Shown in pieces: positions 1 to 15,162 of a DNA stretch of 64,000 nucleotides (position 1 is its first letter; each line of letters opens with the position of its first letter). The DNA is from Paragordius varius (taxonomy: Eukaryota > Animalia > Nematomorpha), in NCBI GenBank assembly GCA_964247055.1, contig OZ176058.1, positions 3,410,001 through 3,474,000 of the forward strand, read 5' to 3'. A program made the translations under genes and the position numbers. The notes under the pieces are model-generated. The model ran no database searches and had not been told where the DNA came from. It saw only the letters and a list, made by a program, of their open reading frames with translations.

Positions 1-3000
1 CTACTCGATGTGATGAAGCCCATTCATTTATTTGTAAAATAAATTTGGGTAAACTATATAAATATTTTTTATAAAATTTATTTTTAAACTATGAAGATTC
101 ATAAAAAAAATGTAATTTTTATGGGTATAACAAAATCTCTTATCCATATATATATATATATATATAAACATATATGTAGAGAACCAATCGTTTTGGTTTC
201 GCTAAAGGGAATGTTAATTGATAAAAAACGGAATCTCTAAGTTAAAAAAATATTAACTTTTTTATAAGGAGAACAATGTTTGCCAAAAATTCTTAAACAA
301 ATTTGGTATATTACAAATAAGACTAGAGGTTAAAACAGAAGTATGCAATGATAAAATATATCTTACACTTAAGAAATTATTTACGTTTTTGTCCATACTT
401 TATTTTAAATAAAAGGTGTTTAGGACAATATTGAACTAATTTAATGGTTCCCAAACTTTGTATTGAGACCTTAATTAAAAATCAAATGTAAACTATTATA
501 TAATAATTGCCCAAAACACGGTAATAAAATAATTTAATTGTAAAGACAACAGGTAAAACTAAAAAATTTACTAATCTATTCTCTAGTTTTCTATTACCTG
601 AATAATTATTGTCATATAAATATTTGAGTGCATTAATTTTCAACTCTATTCCTTATATCGTTATTTAAAATAATAGGTTATTTTCCATATCCAACTGTTT
701 TATTAGTTTAAAAAATTTGCTTATGCTTCATATATTCACTAAGTAATTCTTTATAACTCCCTTTTCCAAATCCCATTTTTCAAATTGTTCGATTTTTATT
801 AAATAACCTTCTTTTTTTGAATCAAAATTTAATTTATATGTCACTAATTCAAAAAATTCATATGCTCAAATCCATATTCTTTTATTCATAGTTTAATTAT
901 ATAATTTAATTGGTTTAATTATTTGCCATAGGTAATTGCATTACAAATCAAACGTTTAACAATCCCTTGTTGCCAGATCAAATTTTAAGGCCAGGCGAGA
1001 TTTTACCGGAACCCTCAGGTCAGGATTCTATTCCCCCCTCAGGTCAGGATTTATTTGATCCACTTTTGGGAAAACATGGTCCAACACGGGTTAATGTTCA
1101 AATTTTAAGTGACACTCAACCGCTTGTATTCAATGGTGTACCTGTGAGCAATAATACATCTCAAGGTATTTAAAAGATTCAACGTAAAAAGACTAATTTT
1201 GTAAAGGAAAAAATCTAAAAACCCATTTGTACTCAAAAAATGGTTATCTTATTATTTTTCCTTTTATGTTGTATAAAAAAAATTTATTGTTAATGGTTAA
1301 ATCTAGATATGTGTGGCTATGGCATTATAATCAAAATGTTCGGCCCAAACTAATATATTTTTAAAATCTTTCAATAAAAAGCGGAAGCTTAAAAAGTTGT
1401 CTTTTTTTTCGAAGGGTATGACAAGAATTTAAATTAGATTTAGGCAATTTTTATAACAGGCAATACATAAAAATAAAATGTATCCTTTAAATAAGTTTTT
1501 TTTAAAAATATATTATTTATTTACATTTTATGTTTTGAACAATTCACATTTACCCTTAATTATGTGTTTTTCGGCTAATATAACTCATCAATAATTTGAA
1601 TTATTTTTTTATATCAAAGTGCATCATTTTTTAATATTATGTTGAAAAACCAAATTTTATTTTTTAAAAATGTAGGTAGTTTTTAACATTCGAAAACAGA
1701 TAGTTTATTTTAGGGTTCAAGAATAATTTTTGTTCGAGGGTGAATTTGAATTGTCCAAGGGTGAATTTCGAAAATGAATTCGTGCTTTAAATGGGTCCTC
1801 CACCCACCTTTCCATATGAGAAAATAATATAAAAATTTTATTTTTACTAAATTTGCACCTTTTTATATATTTAACAGTTGACTATTGATACAGTAAAAAC
1901 TGAAATTATACGAATAAAACGTAAAAATATAAAAACAATTTTTTTTTGTAAACCATACTTTTTAAAACCTTAATTTTTGCTATATAAAAATATTTAATCA
2001 CAATCGTAAATTACATAATTGATTGCACCACCAATATACATTTTTATTTTAATATTTTGCAGTTTAAAAAACTTTACAAAATCTTTCAAAAAATATGGTT
2101 GTCTTTTAGAAAAAAATATAGTTGTCTTTATATTTTACGTTTTGTCCGTATGATTTCAATTTTTACTGTAAGAAAATTCGCATTCGAATTTTCCATAAAA
2201 ATAATGATGCCAATGTAGAGTTAAATAATTGGGCCTCTATATTAGAGAAGTTTACTGGACAGAAATGTTAAAAATGAAGGTAAAATTTATTACATATCCC
2301 ATTTTTTTTATAGAAATAGCAAACATTGGAAAAGATGAACGGATTAACCAAGCAAGGATTGCTGATTTTATCAATAGTCTTCCTTTGGTCGGTGGTGATT
2401 CCAATAATAGGCTTGGAAATAGTACAGGTTTTATGATTTTATTTTATTAATTGGCTTGGATATTGATAATTTTTTATGAGCGATTCAAAATAATTTTATA
2501 TATCATGACATATCACGATACGATATATATAAAAATGGAATGTATATTGTAAAAATAGAAATTGTGTGCGGACAAAACGTAAAAATATAAAGACAATTTT
2601 TTGCAAAAGATAACCATACTTTTTCAATCTCCAATTTTAAAGATATTAATAATTGCTTAAAATTGCCAAGTATGAATAGAGATGTATATTGGTGACAGGA
2701 TCAATTATATACTTTATCATTGTAAATTGATAATTTATATGGGAAAAATTAGATTTATAAAAGCATGAATGATTTTCTTTTGAAAAAAAATATTTGTCTT
2801 TATATTTTTACTTTTGGTCCGTGTATATTTCCAATTTTTACTGTAATTGTGGTAAATGTAAAAGCTGTTTGTTTAACATTCTTATACAGGGATATAAACA
2901 TTCCCTTTCCTGGCAATCAATTTTAAACAAAATTGCGCTTATATGTATACGTTAATTCACTGTGCTTTATAAATTTTTCAGATTAAGATCCTATTAAAAT

Positions 3001-6000
3001 TACATATAATTCGCAATGTGTATTTTTGGTTAGTTTTAAACATAAACATTGATAAATTTAAATAATTAAGTTGATAAATTAATCAAATTTTACACTCGAC
3101 CAGTCATCTGCAGATATTTTTATAATACTATTGAAGTGACTGAAATTACATCTCTGTTTATAAAAAAAATATAATTTTCTTTTTTTCTAAAAATAAAAGA
3201 TATCATCCACTTTTTTTAATTTATGTCATTGATCCATAAAGTGTTTTATAGTCTCCGATCTTAATTTTTGTATTTGAGCTTTAGGTTTTTAAATATGATT
3301 ATTAGATTGGAGTGTGACTGGTTAGAGCGCCCTTACCATTATAATTATGATCTACGTAGGAACACATCATCTAAAAAATTTCAAAATTTCTTGTACAATG
3401 ATATAAAATAAATAAATATCAATTTTTTTCCACAAACTAAAGCACAATTGTAAAATTTTTAGTTTTAAAACTTTTATTGTACAATAACATTAACTAAGCG
3501 CTATATGTTATACTAGCTTATTATTTGTATAATCATATATTTAAATTTCCAACAACCAGCCAGCTCATTTAAAATTATATTATTGCCTATTTTTGTGACG
3601 TGTAAATCTTATTTAAGAAGATTTGGTTTCAATGTACATATTAAAAAGTGAAATTATACAGACAACACAGGAAAACCAAAAGACAAAATTTTTTAATAAC
3701 CATATCAAATTTTGTTAGGTGCCAATATAATCTAGCCTTTTGAGTTGCAAAAAAAGGATTAGAGTTGTAAATTGGTAACAAATTGTATTTAATAGTTATT
3801 TATTTACTATAAGGGGCAATTTGCAACACAGGCGTGTATGAAAAAAGAAAGGAAATAATTGTTTATCCAACATTTTTTTTCATACACTACTTTGTTGCGA
3901 ATCGCCCTACTATAGGCGAAATAAGCAACCATTAAAATGCCCACTGTATATAATTTAAATTGTGATTATATAGTTTATGTAAAAATCAAGGTTTTATTTG
4001 CTTAGTTTACTTATCAGTATAATTTCAAGTTTTACTTTAATTGAACCAGAAAATATAATTAATAACATCCGTAAATATTAACATTATAATGACAACTGTA
4101 AAAACTAAGACTAACATTTTTTATAATGAAATGATTTTTTCATGGATCCTAAATTACAATTGTCAAGTATTTCTTGAGTATTTTCAATTTACATACTATA
4201 CCTTTATTCGCAACCCATAAAAATAGTTATTTTTGAATTTAGATGTAGCAAAACAATATGGTTGTCTTTTTTTAAATACTTATAATTTTAATGACTTTGT
4301 AGATAGTACCAAATTGCTTGAGCCCGACACGCCATCCTCTTCTGTTGTAATTACGATTCAAAAGGGTTCAATAAATCCCTCCCTACTTACAAGTTCCCAA
4401 AACAAGTCTGCAAAAAATTTCCCCGTTTTCAATGATGTGGTCCAACCCGCTTTTAGCGCAAATGATTTAACCGATTTACAAACACTCAATAGCATTGTGA
4501 ATGCTAGGAATCAAAATTCTACCTCTGGTATTGAACTTACGGTTAAAACGACACAAATTGACCCTAATTTGAGGCCAAATTTATTGGATTTAGCACAAAA
4601 TTTAGCATTGGCCAGTGCTCAAACTGCCAACAATTTTACATTGCCTGATCAGAATGCTGAAAATGTTAATTCTTCTATCGACCTATCAGCACTAAATGGA
4701 ATATCAAGTACAAGTACAAACAGCTTAAATAGTGCCAACAATAATGGTAATAATATCGGGGTACACCGGCCTATTTTTGTTTCAGAGTTCCCAGTCTTTA
4801 CGAAACCACAAGCAGGAGAAGAAATGGTGACTGATATGCGGTAAAAATGTTAAATAGGAATCTAAGCCTAAAAATCATTACCAAGAATGAAAATATATTT
4901 TTTGAAAAAGAAAATTGTAAATATTTTCTTATCGTAAATAATTTATATGCGATTTCGAACTATGTAATAGAAGGATAACACCCTTAATATTATATTTAAT
5001 AACCCATAGAGATATATAAAAATTAAGGATAATTAAATAAATGTCCTGCCTTCCTCATAAAAAATGGCATTTTATTACTTGTTGGTTTACGAATATCATA
5101 AATTTAAACATTTACTTTCACAAATTATTGAAATTTTGAGAATGTACACAACAATTAAAGTAAATTAATATTCAATACTCTTCAATATGACACATCTATT
5201 TGACTTGGGTTTTCATTTTTGATATATATATATATTTACAGTAAAAACTGGAATTATACGGACAAAACATAAAATTATAAAGAGAAATATTTTTTTCTAA
5301 AAGACAACCATACTTTTTATATCTTGATTTATTTTAATATGATTCATTTTAAATGGCGAAGTCTGAATAGAGATATATATTACTGACACAACCAAATGAT
5401 AAAAATTAAGGTTTAAAAAAGTATGGTTGTCTTTATAATTTTACGTTTTGTCCCTGTAATTTCAATTTTTACTACATATATGCCGACCGCCTTCTGTAAA
5501 ACCCCAATAGTAGAAATAACACATGGCTCAATATCCGCATCATGACTCTTTTTTTTAATAATTTAAATTTAATTTTTTTAAATTAATTTTACATTAATGG
5601 TTAATTTTTTCTATAATTTACGAATAATATATTGTTAAATTATATAATTTAACTTTATTATTTTCCATTTTCAACTTTAAACTGTTATAACTATATACAA
5701 AGGCTTCACTTAAAAATTAAAAAAGTGCATTATTTTTTAATAGACGCTGGATATTTACGGGGTATATCGACAGTTTACTGTATATCCAACCTTTGCCTTC
5801 TATTATTTATTTAATTCGTAAACTCCTACAATATTATAAATTTACAGCAAAAATTGAATTTATACACACAATCCGTAAAAACATAAAAAATATTTTTTCA
5901 TAAGACAACCATCCTTTTTTTAATCTTGATTTTTCTTATTTAAATTATGTGATAACAATTATAGAATATAATTGATGGTGTTACCATTTTTTTATTTAAT

Positions 6001-9000
6001 ACCTACTTTGCAGTTTTAAACAATGAGAGTTAATATAAAAATCATAGCCGTATACGTTAAATCTCGTTTTTTTCAAATATATTGTTTTAAACTGCAAAAT
6101 GTAAAATAGAAATGTAATTTGGTAACACACAATTAATTATGTAGTTTACGAATGTAATTAAATATTTTAATAGCAAAAATTAAGTTTTTAAATGTATGGT
6201 TGTCTTTTGTGAAAAAAATATTTCTCTATACATTTTTACGTTTTGTCCGTATAATTTCAGTTTTTACTGTAAGTACATATATATATATATATATTAACGT
6301 ACTCATAAAAAATATAGCTGTTTTTATAAAAAAATGCAGATGTTTTCCAATGCATTTCCTTCAAATAAACGATTCCCCCCTCTAAATATATTTATTTTTT
6401 AACACCTTAGATATCCTGCATCTAATGAGGAAAGACCCGCCTTTGGACCACAAACTTTTATAGATGATAAAACGCACAGCGCACTAATCGAAAATGATAT
6501 AAGCGATAACAATGAGGACGTAATTGATGAATTAAATATTCACATGGAGGATGGGCTTATAGTTATCCCCGATGGTCGGGGTGGTGGGATACGTATTGAT
6601 CCAGACACTTATCAAGTATATAATTTTTACTCAAAGCTTTATTTGAAATTTTACGGGTACAAAATGTAAAAACTAAAAGACAAATATTTTTTTATGCGGA
6701 CCAAACGTAAAAATATAAAGAGAAATATTTTTTTTCTAAAGGACAACCATATTTTTTGGATCTTTATTTTTTTAAATATAAATGATTGTTATAAACTGCA
6801 AAATATAAAACTTAATGTAAATTGGTAGCACAATCAATTATGTAATTTACGATTGTAATTAAATATTTTATATAACAAAAATTAAGGTTTTAAAAAGTTT
6901 GGTTTTTGAAAAAATTTGTCTTATATTTTTCCGTTTTGTCCATATAATTTTAGTTTTTACTGTAATATACTTTCCAGGACAACCATATTTTTTAAAAGTC
7001 CTAACTTATCGTTTTTGGATTGCAGTTAAACTTAGAGATTGATCTAAATAGTAACACAATCAATTATATAACGAAAAATTTTACATCGAAATTATACGGA
7101 TACAAAATGTAAAAATTAAAAGTTTATTTTAAAAGACAACCATATAAAACCTTAATTAATTTTTGTTATATAAAATATTAATTACAATCGTATAAACTAT
7201 ACATAATTGATTGTGCTACCAATTTACATTTTTATTTTATAGTTTGCAGTTGAAAACAATCAGTTATATATAAATAAATTAACATTCAAAAAAATGGCTG
7301 CCTTTTAAAAAAAATATTTGTCTTTATATTTTTACGTTTTGCACATATAATTTCAATTTTTACTGTATTATACGGATACAAAATGTAAAAACTAAAATAC
7401 ATATATATTTTTATAAAAGACCATGTTTTTTAAAAATATTCCTGTCATATGATTTTAATTACTATAAGTAAATCTATTAGAAATTTAGATCTCTAATCCC
7501 CATTTCACAACATAAAAAAATATTATTTTCAAATGTATGGATTTATTCAAAATATACGGTTATTATTTTTACGTTATATTTTGTATAATTTCACTTTTTA
7601 CTGTATTTCACCCAGAGTAAAAATGGCTGCCAGAATAGGAAATATGCTTTTTAAAAAGTTACATTTCTTGAAGTAAAAAAAAATAAAAACAATATTTTTT
7701 TACCCTGTACTAAATGGAAACTTATCTAAATATACTTATAAACTATGCAAATATGTTTTGAAATGATCCATGCTTTTATTTAACTGAGATTTAAATAATT
7801 GAATGTATCAACAATGTATTAACTCCCCGTTTCCCCAAAACGATAGTTTATAATATAAAAAACAGGATATGAAATATATAGTTGTATTTTTGTAAAAAAA
7901 TTATTTGTCTTTTTTTTACGTTATGTCTATATAATTACAATTTTTTTCTCAAAGTCTACCGAAGACTCCAAAAAATAGAAACTATACTTTTTTCATAAAC
8001 TCTATTTTTACTGTCAATAATTAAAATTATTGGCAAATCTAAATAAAAGTAAAAGACAACAGATATTTTTACCATATATTTGTATATAAGATACGTTTTT
8101 TGGGTTGCGAAATAAGTAAAATAGATATGGGTGACACACAGTAAAATTAAAAAAATACGGACAAAACGTAAAAATATAAAAACCAATATTTGCTTCATAA
8201 ATACCGCGTAACTTTTTGAATTTTAATGGAATAGAGATGCATATTGGCAGAATCAATCAAGTGTTTTACAATTGTAATTATATGATAATTTATGTAAGCA
8301 ATATTGGTAAAATAGTATGGGGTTGTCTTTTTAAAAAATATTTATCTCTATATTTTTTACGTTTTGCCTGTATATTTCAAGTTTTACTTTACAATCAATA
8401 AAATTTTTTCCTTTTGAAATTATTAGTACTTATATCTTTATTGTTGATATAATTTATTTTATTGTAATCAAGCGTCTGAAATAGAAATGCGGTGCCAAAA
8501 TTATACATTATTTTTCATCCTAAAACTACACATTTTTTTATAAAACTTTTTTTAATTTAAAAACTACATATATAAAAAACATTATTTATTTATAAAATAA
8601 CTCGTGAATTGAATTCAAAATATTGTTCTTCTATAATTTATGAATATTTTTTTTAAAGAAGCAGTCAAAACTTGAAAATACAAAGACAAATTGTCGTTTA
8701 TCAAAAAACAATTACATTTTATACCTATTTTTCTTAGAAAAATATTTGTGATAAGTTACCAATATATAAATCCAATTTTATCCTTTGGATTTTAAAACAA
8801 TAAGTTATATTTGATAAATATCAAGATGAAAAATTTGGATATCTTTTGGGAAAAAAATTTGTCTTTATATTTTAATGTATTGTCCGTATAATTTTTAGTG
8901 TAATATGTTTCCCAAAATATAACTGTCCATTATTATTTAAACTTTTAACTTTTATTTAAAAATGTGAATTCGTTTTATACCAGACCGAAAAAGTCGAAAC

Positions 9001-10341
9001 ATTATAATTTATTGATAGCAATAATATTTTATATTACAATACCTGTTTTTCTTAAATAGATGAAATTACATTAAATAGGAAATTATTACAGATAAACGTA
9101 AGGATAATTTACCATATTTTTTGAAACTTGATTATTAAGTCCTAACTTATCATTTTTGGATTGCAGATAAACATAGAGATTGATCTAAATAGTAACACAA
9201 TCAATTATATACCTAAAAATTTTATGGTAAAAACTGAAAATAAACGTAAAATAAAAAGACAAATATTTTTTTTTGAAAAAGACAACCATATAAAACCTTA
9301 ATTTTTGCGATATATAATACTTAATTAATGGTAAACTATACATAATTGATTGTGCTACTAATTTACATCATTTTATATTTTTCAGTTCAAAACAATCAGC
9401 TCTATTTAAAAAATCTAGATCCAAGAAATATGGTTGTCTTTTAGAAAAAATATTTATCTCTATATTTTTATTTTGTCCGTATAATTTCAATTTTCACTGT
9501 AAATAAAAAGGTTTTATTATAGATTACATAAAGGTACAATAAAGTATGGCTGTCTTTTAAATCGAGTATTTGCCTTTAGTTTTTACGTATTTCTCCGTAT
9601 TTGAATTTTTACTGTACTGTGAAATTTTTGAGTTTGTGAGAAAAAAAATGCTGTTTTAATTAGATATTGAATGATAAGGGGGCTGAAAAGAAAATTAATA
9701 CGGGTGAAGAGGGCTCACCTGTCGTATCGCTAGTTGCCAGGAAGAATGAAAAAACTGGTCGGCTTGAAATTATTGGACTAGCAAATCAAAACCAAAAAGG
9801 TATTAATATTAATTTTTAAATAACTGTTAAAATAATGATAAATGAAAATTAAATAGAACTATTTTTTTTGTTAAGAAACATAGGATAAAGATGATATTAT
9901 GACGGATTGATTATGTTTTGTAATAACTGTTAAATCTGTAAAATAATGATAATCGAAAATTAAAAAGAAAATTAACTGATAGATATATTGCAGTTTATAA
10001 TTTGGAATATTTTATAATAAAAAATTAAAAAAATGTCATTTTTACGAGCCAAAAAGTATAAATTGTAATATATTAGTATAAAACGAGTTAGGAAAATTTC
10101 AATTTTTTAACACAATTTATCTAAAATAAAAAATTTCTCAAAAAATTTTATGATATATATATATCGATTAATTTATTGGTTTCTAGATGTCACAACGTCG
10201 CAGGAATCAGTAGAATCTTTGAATAAAATTTTGAACATTTACAATCAGCAAAAACAAAATGGGTTGGAAAACGCCGCAAAAGGAAACACAGAAGTTAAGA
10301 ATGCCTGGGCTGATGATACAATAAAATCCAATAATATATAA
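1..10341 (+). CDS. 3' part of a multi-exon gene of unknown function; low-complexity N/S/P-rich product, possibly following a C-type-lectin-like domain
   Basis: Hand-spliced exons with matching phases: <1-48, 932-1165, 2314-2427, 4303-4840, 6411-6615, 9664-9799, 10187-10341 (TAA). All junctions are GT-AG. The first exon reads TRCDEAHSFICKINL, resembling the C-x5-FIC end of a CTLD (weak, few residues visible). Extra small exons near 3.1-3.4 kb cannot be excluded. Confidence 0.75.
1891..2168. mobile_element. MITE family A (Tc1/mariner-like, TA-flanked), representative full copy
   Basis: TA|CAGTAAAAACTGAAATTATACG...GTCCGTATGATTTCAATTTTTACTG|TA with ~75-bp imperfect TIRs containing GACAACCATA/TATGGTTGTC. 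Other full or partial copies at about 2547-2843, 5239-5474, 5845-6269, 6650-6962, 7085-7365, 8139-8390, 9226-9499, 11770-12060, 12455-12684, 13296-13575, 14317-14583, 14838-15124, 17220-17501, 19776-20040, 25785-26226, 28805-29060, 44137-44602, 47302-47534 and more. Confidence 0.85.
3808..3915. mobile_element. Small degenerate inverted-repeat (MITE-like) element
   Basis: Left TATAAGGGGCAATTTGCAACACAGGCGTGTATGAAAAAA is an imperfect reverse complement of right TTTTTTCATACACTACTTTGTTGCGAATCGCCCTACTATA. Confidence 0.45.
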
Positions 10342-11090
10342 TGTTGAATGCAACCAAATATCACTAGAACTTTTTTTTTCTATCTACTAATTTAATAATC
10401 ACATTTTATTAATTTAAGTTTTTGTTTCTCACAAATATTTAATAAGTAAGTAAGTAGTAAGTAATAAATTGTAACATATAAACATTATTATATTATCATT
10501 AAAGAAAAAAATTTATAAATCCTATTTATTTTGAAAAATTGCCAGGAGTTTCATGCAGGGGTGTCCAACACAAATGGTTTCGCGGGCAAAAAAATGGGTA
10601 TAATTTTAAGAAGCTTGTAAAAAAATATAAGACAATAAAACTAATATTTATCGTAGAATTTTTCGGTATTTTGTAAAAATTTGGAAATTTTATGAAAAAT
10701 TCCTTTAAAGTATAAATTTTACTAAGATTTAGTAAATATTTTTTTAAGTTGCGTACCCCAGTTTAATGGTTTTGAATTAACATTTCAACAATTAAAACCA
10801 CTATAATCAAAAAAAAAATTAAAAACTTATTGATTTTTAATACCTAAAAATATGTATAAAAAATATAGTAAAATGTAGATGGAGAAAAGGCATAAAAAAA
10901 GAACATTTTATAAAAACGCCTTTTGTAACAGTAAAAATTAAAATTATACGACAAATAGTAAAAATATAAAGTAACAATTTTTTGGTTTATGAGTTGCGGA
11001 TCCGGGAAATAAAAAATAAAATGCTTACACTTCCAGTATATGCATTTGAACACTTTGAAAATACACCGTTAAATATCTATAGACCTAAGT

Positions 11091-11341
11091 CAGGGGTGTC
11101 CAACACTAAAGTGGTCCGCATCCGATTTAGAGTTTTCAATCATTGGATTGTAAAAAAATATGAAAATATATTTCTCTTTAGTTAGTTCGTTTTATCAAAA
11201 TTTGATTGACTTATCCAGAAAATTGTTATAAAATAACATTATTAGATTTTTTATTTTCATTATAAATTGTTATTTATTGGCATTTGAAATTTCCCTTGAT
11301 CTCCAGAAAGATTTATGTGGGCTGAGTGTTGGACACCCCTG
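11091..11341. mobile_element. Non-autonomous hAT-type MITE
   Basis: TIRs CAGGGGTGTCCAACAC...GTGTTGGACACCCCTG with an 8-bp flanking duplication ACCTAAGT/GCCTAAGT (7/8 match), typical of hAT. Related single ends near 10556, 15400-15450, 25277, 33615 and 42862. Confidence 0.85.
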
Positions 11342-12845
11342 GCCTAAGTTATGACTACGGACATTGGACGCTTTACTTCTTATCACAAAGTCAGTCTAAT
11401 GGAAAGCAGAACCTATTACCCATTTCAATTAAAAAATATCTTATAAAACGATATTTATAAATATTCAAAAATATTTTTTTTGTTTACAATTCGCAAACTT
11501 TATAATTTGAATAAGTAATTCGATAATAATAATAATAGCTGGAGTAAACTAACTATAAATGACAATCTTATTGAGGCCAATGTAAAAATGACAGATGCCA
11601 AAAATAAAAAATTGGAAAACAAAAATAGTTCAAGCCTTTCTCAATTTAACTATATTTTAAACAGATCCTGATAATAATTTATGTAAGAATAAATATAACA
11701 TGCGCTTTCAGAGAAAAAAAGATTATGAACGTTTTTTAAAGAATTAGGTTTTTTAGTGATGCCATGTTCTTAAAAACTGAAATTATACGAGCAAAACATA
11801 AAACTACAAAGACAAATATTTTTTTCTAAAAGACAACCATACTTTTTAAATCTAGATTTGTATCAATATAACTATGTTTTAAATGGCAAAGTCTGAAATA
11901 GAGATATAATACTAACGCAATCAATTTTATATTTTACAAGAGTAACTAAGTAGCCATTATGGGAAACATTAAGGTTTTAAAAAGTGTGGTTGTCTTTTAG
12001 TTAAAAATATTTGTCTTTATATTTTCACGTTTTGTCTGTATAATTTAGATTTTTACTATATTTGGCTATTTATGGTGAATAAATACATATGTTTTATTTT
12101 AGATGCAAAGCGTAACATGTAGAAAATATTTTATTCCAAAAAAAACTGCCGTTATATGTTTACATCATTTTTTTAAATAACTTGTAGTTTTGCAAAATAT
12201 GATAGTGATATGTACCTTATTTATGCACCTAATAATATATATATATATATATATTTATTCATATCTTATTTGAAAAAAAACTAAGATTTAAAAAACTACA
12301 ACCGTCTTTTTAAAAATAAATGTTGCTTTTAGTTTTTACATTATAATTTTATATATATATTACAACTTTATTTGCTAAATCAGCTTGCAAAAATATATTA
12401 CTTGAATAAACATCTTAGCCGTATTGTAATTTGTTCATCATTATTTTAGACATACAGTAAAAATTGGAATTATACACGCAAAATGTAAAGTATTTTCTAA
12501 AACACATTTTTTAGGCCTTGGATTTTTTTTGAAATATAAATTACTATTTAAAATTAAAAAATAGAGATGCATATTGGCTATACAATCAATTATATATTTT
12601 AAAATTGTAATTAAATAATATAAAAAAATTAAAATTTGTTGGTTTTCCTTTAAAAAATTGTTTTGTCCGTATCAATTTTTACTGTAAGTTTAATGCTGCT
12701 CTCATTCAATCAATTTCGACCTAAAATATGAAATTCATTACTTTTTGCACAAGATAAGATAAGTTTGTATAACTACCGTTCCGAAATAAGTGGTCTCTAA
12801 ATTTTATTATATTTTATATACATAAATAAGCCTGTTTTATATATA

Positions 12846-13080
12846 CCATTTACAGTTTACCCTCGAACTCAAATTCACCCAAAAAGAAATTATGTGTTTT
12901 TAAGATATTACCTATATTTTTTTATAGTTAAAAAAATTAAATTACGTTTAAAATTAATATAATACACCGAAATAATAAGCTATGCTATAAGAATATATTT
13001 CATATTAAATATGAGTTATGTTAGCCCGAAAACACATAATATATTTTTAGGGTGAATTTGGATTTAAGGAATTTGAATGG
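12846..13080. mobile_element. MITE family B copy
   Basis: Starts TA|CCATTTACAG with AATTCACCC subterminal repeats and ends GGGTGAATTTG...GAATGG. Same family as 26557-26903. Confidence 0.7.
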
Positions 13081-15157
13081 TAAATTGTTGTGAATAAATT
13101 TGAAAAGGTTAATCATTTATATCTTGAGGGATATTAACTGCCAATGACAATTTCTTCCTTCTTATATTTTTCCGTTCTGTATATTTAAAAAATATATTTA
13201 ATTGTTAACCCATCATTATTTTAAAACCTAAGTTCTTAACTAATATTTTATCCATATAAAAAGAATTTTCATTTGACCGTTAATGTAATCAACGAGTAAA
13301 AATTCAAAACTATACGGACAAAACGTAAAAATATAAAGACAAATATTTTTTCCTAAAAGACAACCATACTAATTGAATCGTGATTTATTTCAATATAACT
13401 CATTGTTTAAATGGCAAAGTCAGAAATAGAGATATATATTACTAACACAATCAATTCTTTATTTTACACTTGTAAGATAGCTTATATGAAAAAAGGTATT
13501 AAAAGTATGGTTGTCTTTTAGATAAAATTATTGTCTTTTTATTTTTACGTCTTATCCTTATTTTAATTTTTACTGTAAATAAACTAACTGTATCAAAAAA
13601 ATTTTTACATGGTCGTAATTAGTTAAGAAAAATTTGTTCTGATCATATTATAACAATATTATTTGTTTTGTTTCTAGTTAGTCCATTAAAAAGATACCCT
13701 TATGTATTGAAAATTTTGGACATAGTTTAATTTAATAAATAAATTTTACGATAATGTAAAATTAAATTAAATTTTAAACTTGGTTTACGATTTGCTAAAA
13801 AACGGGTAATTGTATTATTTAATATTGTAATGAGAAAAATGATTTTCCTTTCAATAGAAAATAAAAAAAACCTTGAATGCATAATAATATTAATTATTAT
13901 AAATATATTAAACTAGATGCTTTGTGATTCAATCATGTTTTTACAGTTTATCAATTTTTTAAGTGACAATGTGGTATACATGCAAATCTTTATAAATTAC
14001 ACTGAAAGAATAAAAATAAATTAATTTCAAATTTTTGTTTATATAGCCGTTTCAAAATATTGATTGTTTTTATTTCCTTGCGCTTAAAAATAATTAAATA
14101 CAACATTAAATAATTAAATTTTATTGAAATATCAAAATAAAAATGGCAAATCAAAAAATGAACTAATTCTGATATCACAAATGGTAATCGCTTTCAAATC
14201 CTTAAAAATGAATGAACATCTGAATGTAACACCTTAAATGAAAATTATTTTAAATTTTTAACATTGTGTACATTGGTTTTTGTTAAGAAAACATTTTATA
14301 AATTAATATTTTTATACAGTAAAAATTGAAATTATACGGACAAAAAACGAAAAGAAAGACAAATTTTCCAAACATATTTTTTAAACCTTATTTTTTTCTA
14401 TAAAAATTTTATAACAATTTATACATAATTTATTATTTATTTTATTTCTATTTTATACTTAGATAAAACAATGAGTTATATTCAAAAAAACAAGATTTAA
14501 AAACTAAAGTATGGTTGACTTTTAGATAAAAAAATTTGTCTTTATATTTATACATTTTGTCCATATAATTTCAATTTTTACAGTAACTATTTTTTATACC
14601 TATAGGTATTGAAAATTAAATCATATAATTACTATTTAAATATTTTTAAAATAATGCGCCGCAATACATATGTTTTGGAAGACTCATATGATCGTATCAT
14701 AGCAGTTATATGTAAAAATAAAAAAAAATCGATTACTAAGACTGATTATATTTTAAAATAGCAATATTTTTACGAATTAGTATACCGTTAAAGAAAAGGG
14801 TTAAAATAAATACAAAATTCTAAAATTTAATCATACATTAAAAACTGAAATTATACGGACAAAATATAAAAATATAAGTAAAAATATTTTTTTTCGAAAA
14901 ATAACCAACCATAATACTTTTTAAAACCTTAATTTTTATTATATTGAATTACAATTGTAAACTACATAATTGATTGTGCTAATTTACATTTCTATTTTAT
15001 ATTTTGGAGTTTAAAACAATCGTTTAATATTTAAAAAAAATTAAAATTTTAAAAATATGGGTGACTTTTAGAAAAATAATTTGTTATATTTTACGTTTTG
15101 TCCGTATAATATTAATTTTTACTGGATATTTTAGTGGTTACTTTTTTTCGAAAATGG

Positions 15158-15162
<5 letters not shown>

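Noticed and set aside
180-215. Segment RTNRFGFAKGN resembling TNLRFGFGK of the secreted protein
   Set aside because: Too short, not phase-compatible with flanking exons, and likely coincidental.
7956-8401. ORFs 7956-8198, 8014-8256, 8216-8401 and similar I/F/K-rich ORFs (6200, 10844, 26601, 27474, 32786, 45721, 47745, 51215)
   Set aside because: They run through MITE-A or MITE-B sequence and are chance open frames in AT-rich repeats with no splice-consistent context.
11520-11670. ~49-codon N/K-rich open frame (DNNNNSWSKLTINDNL...)
   Set aside because: No start codon or phase-compatible splice partner was found.
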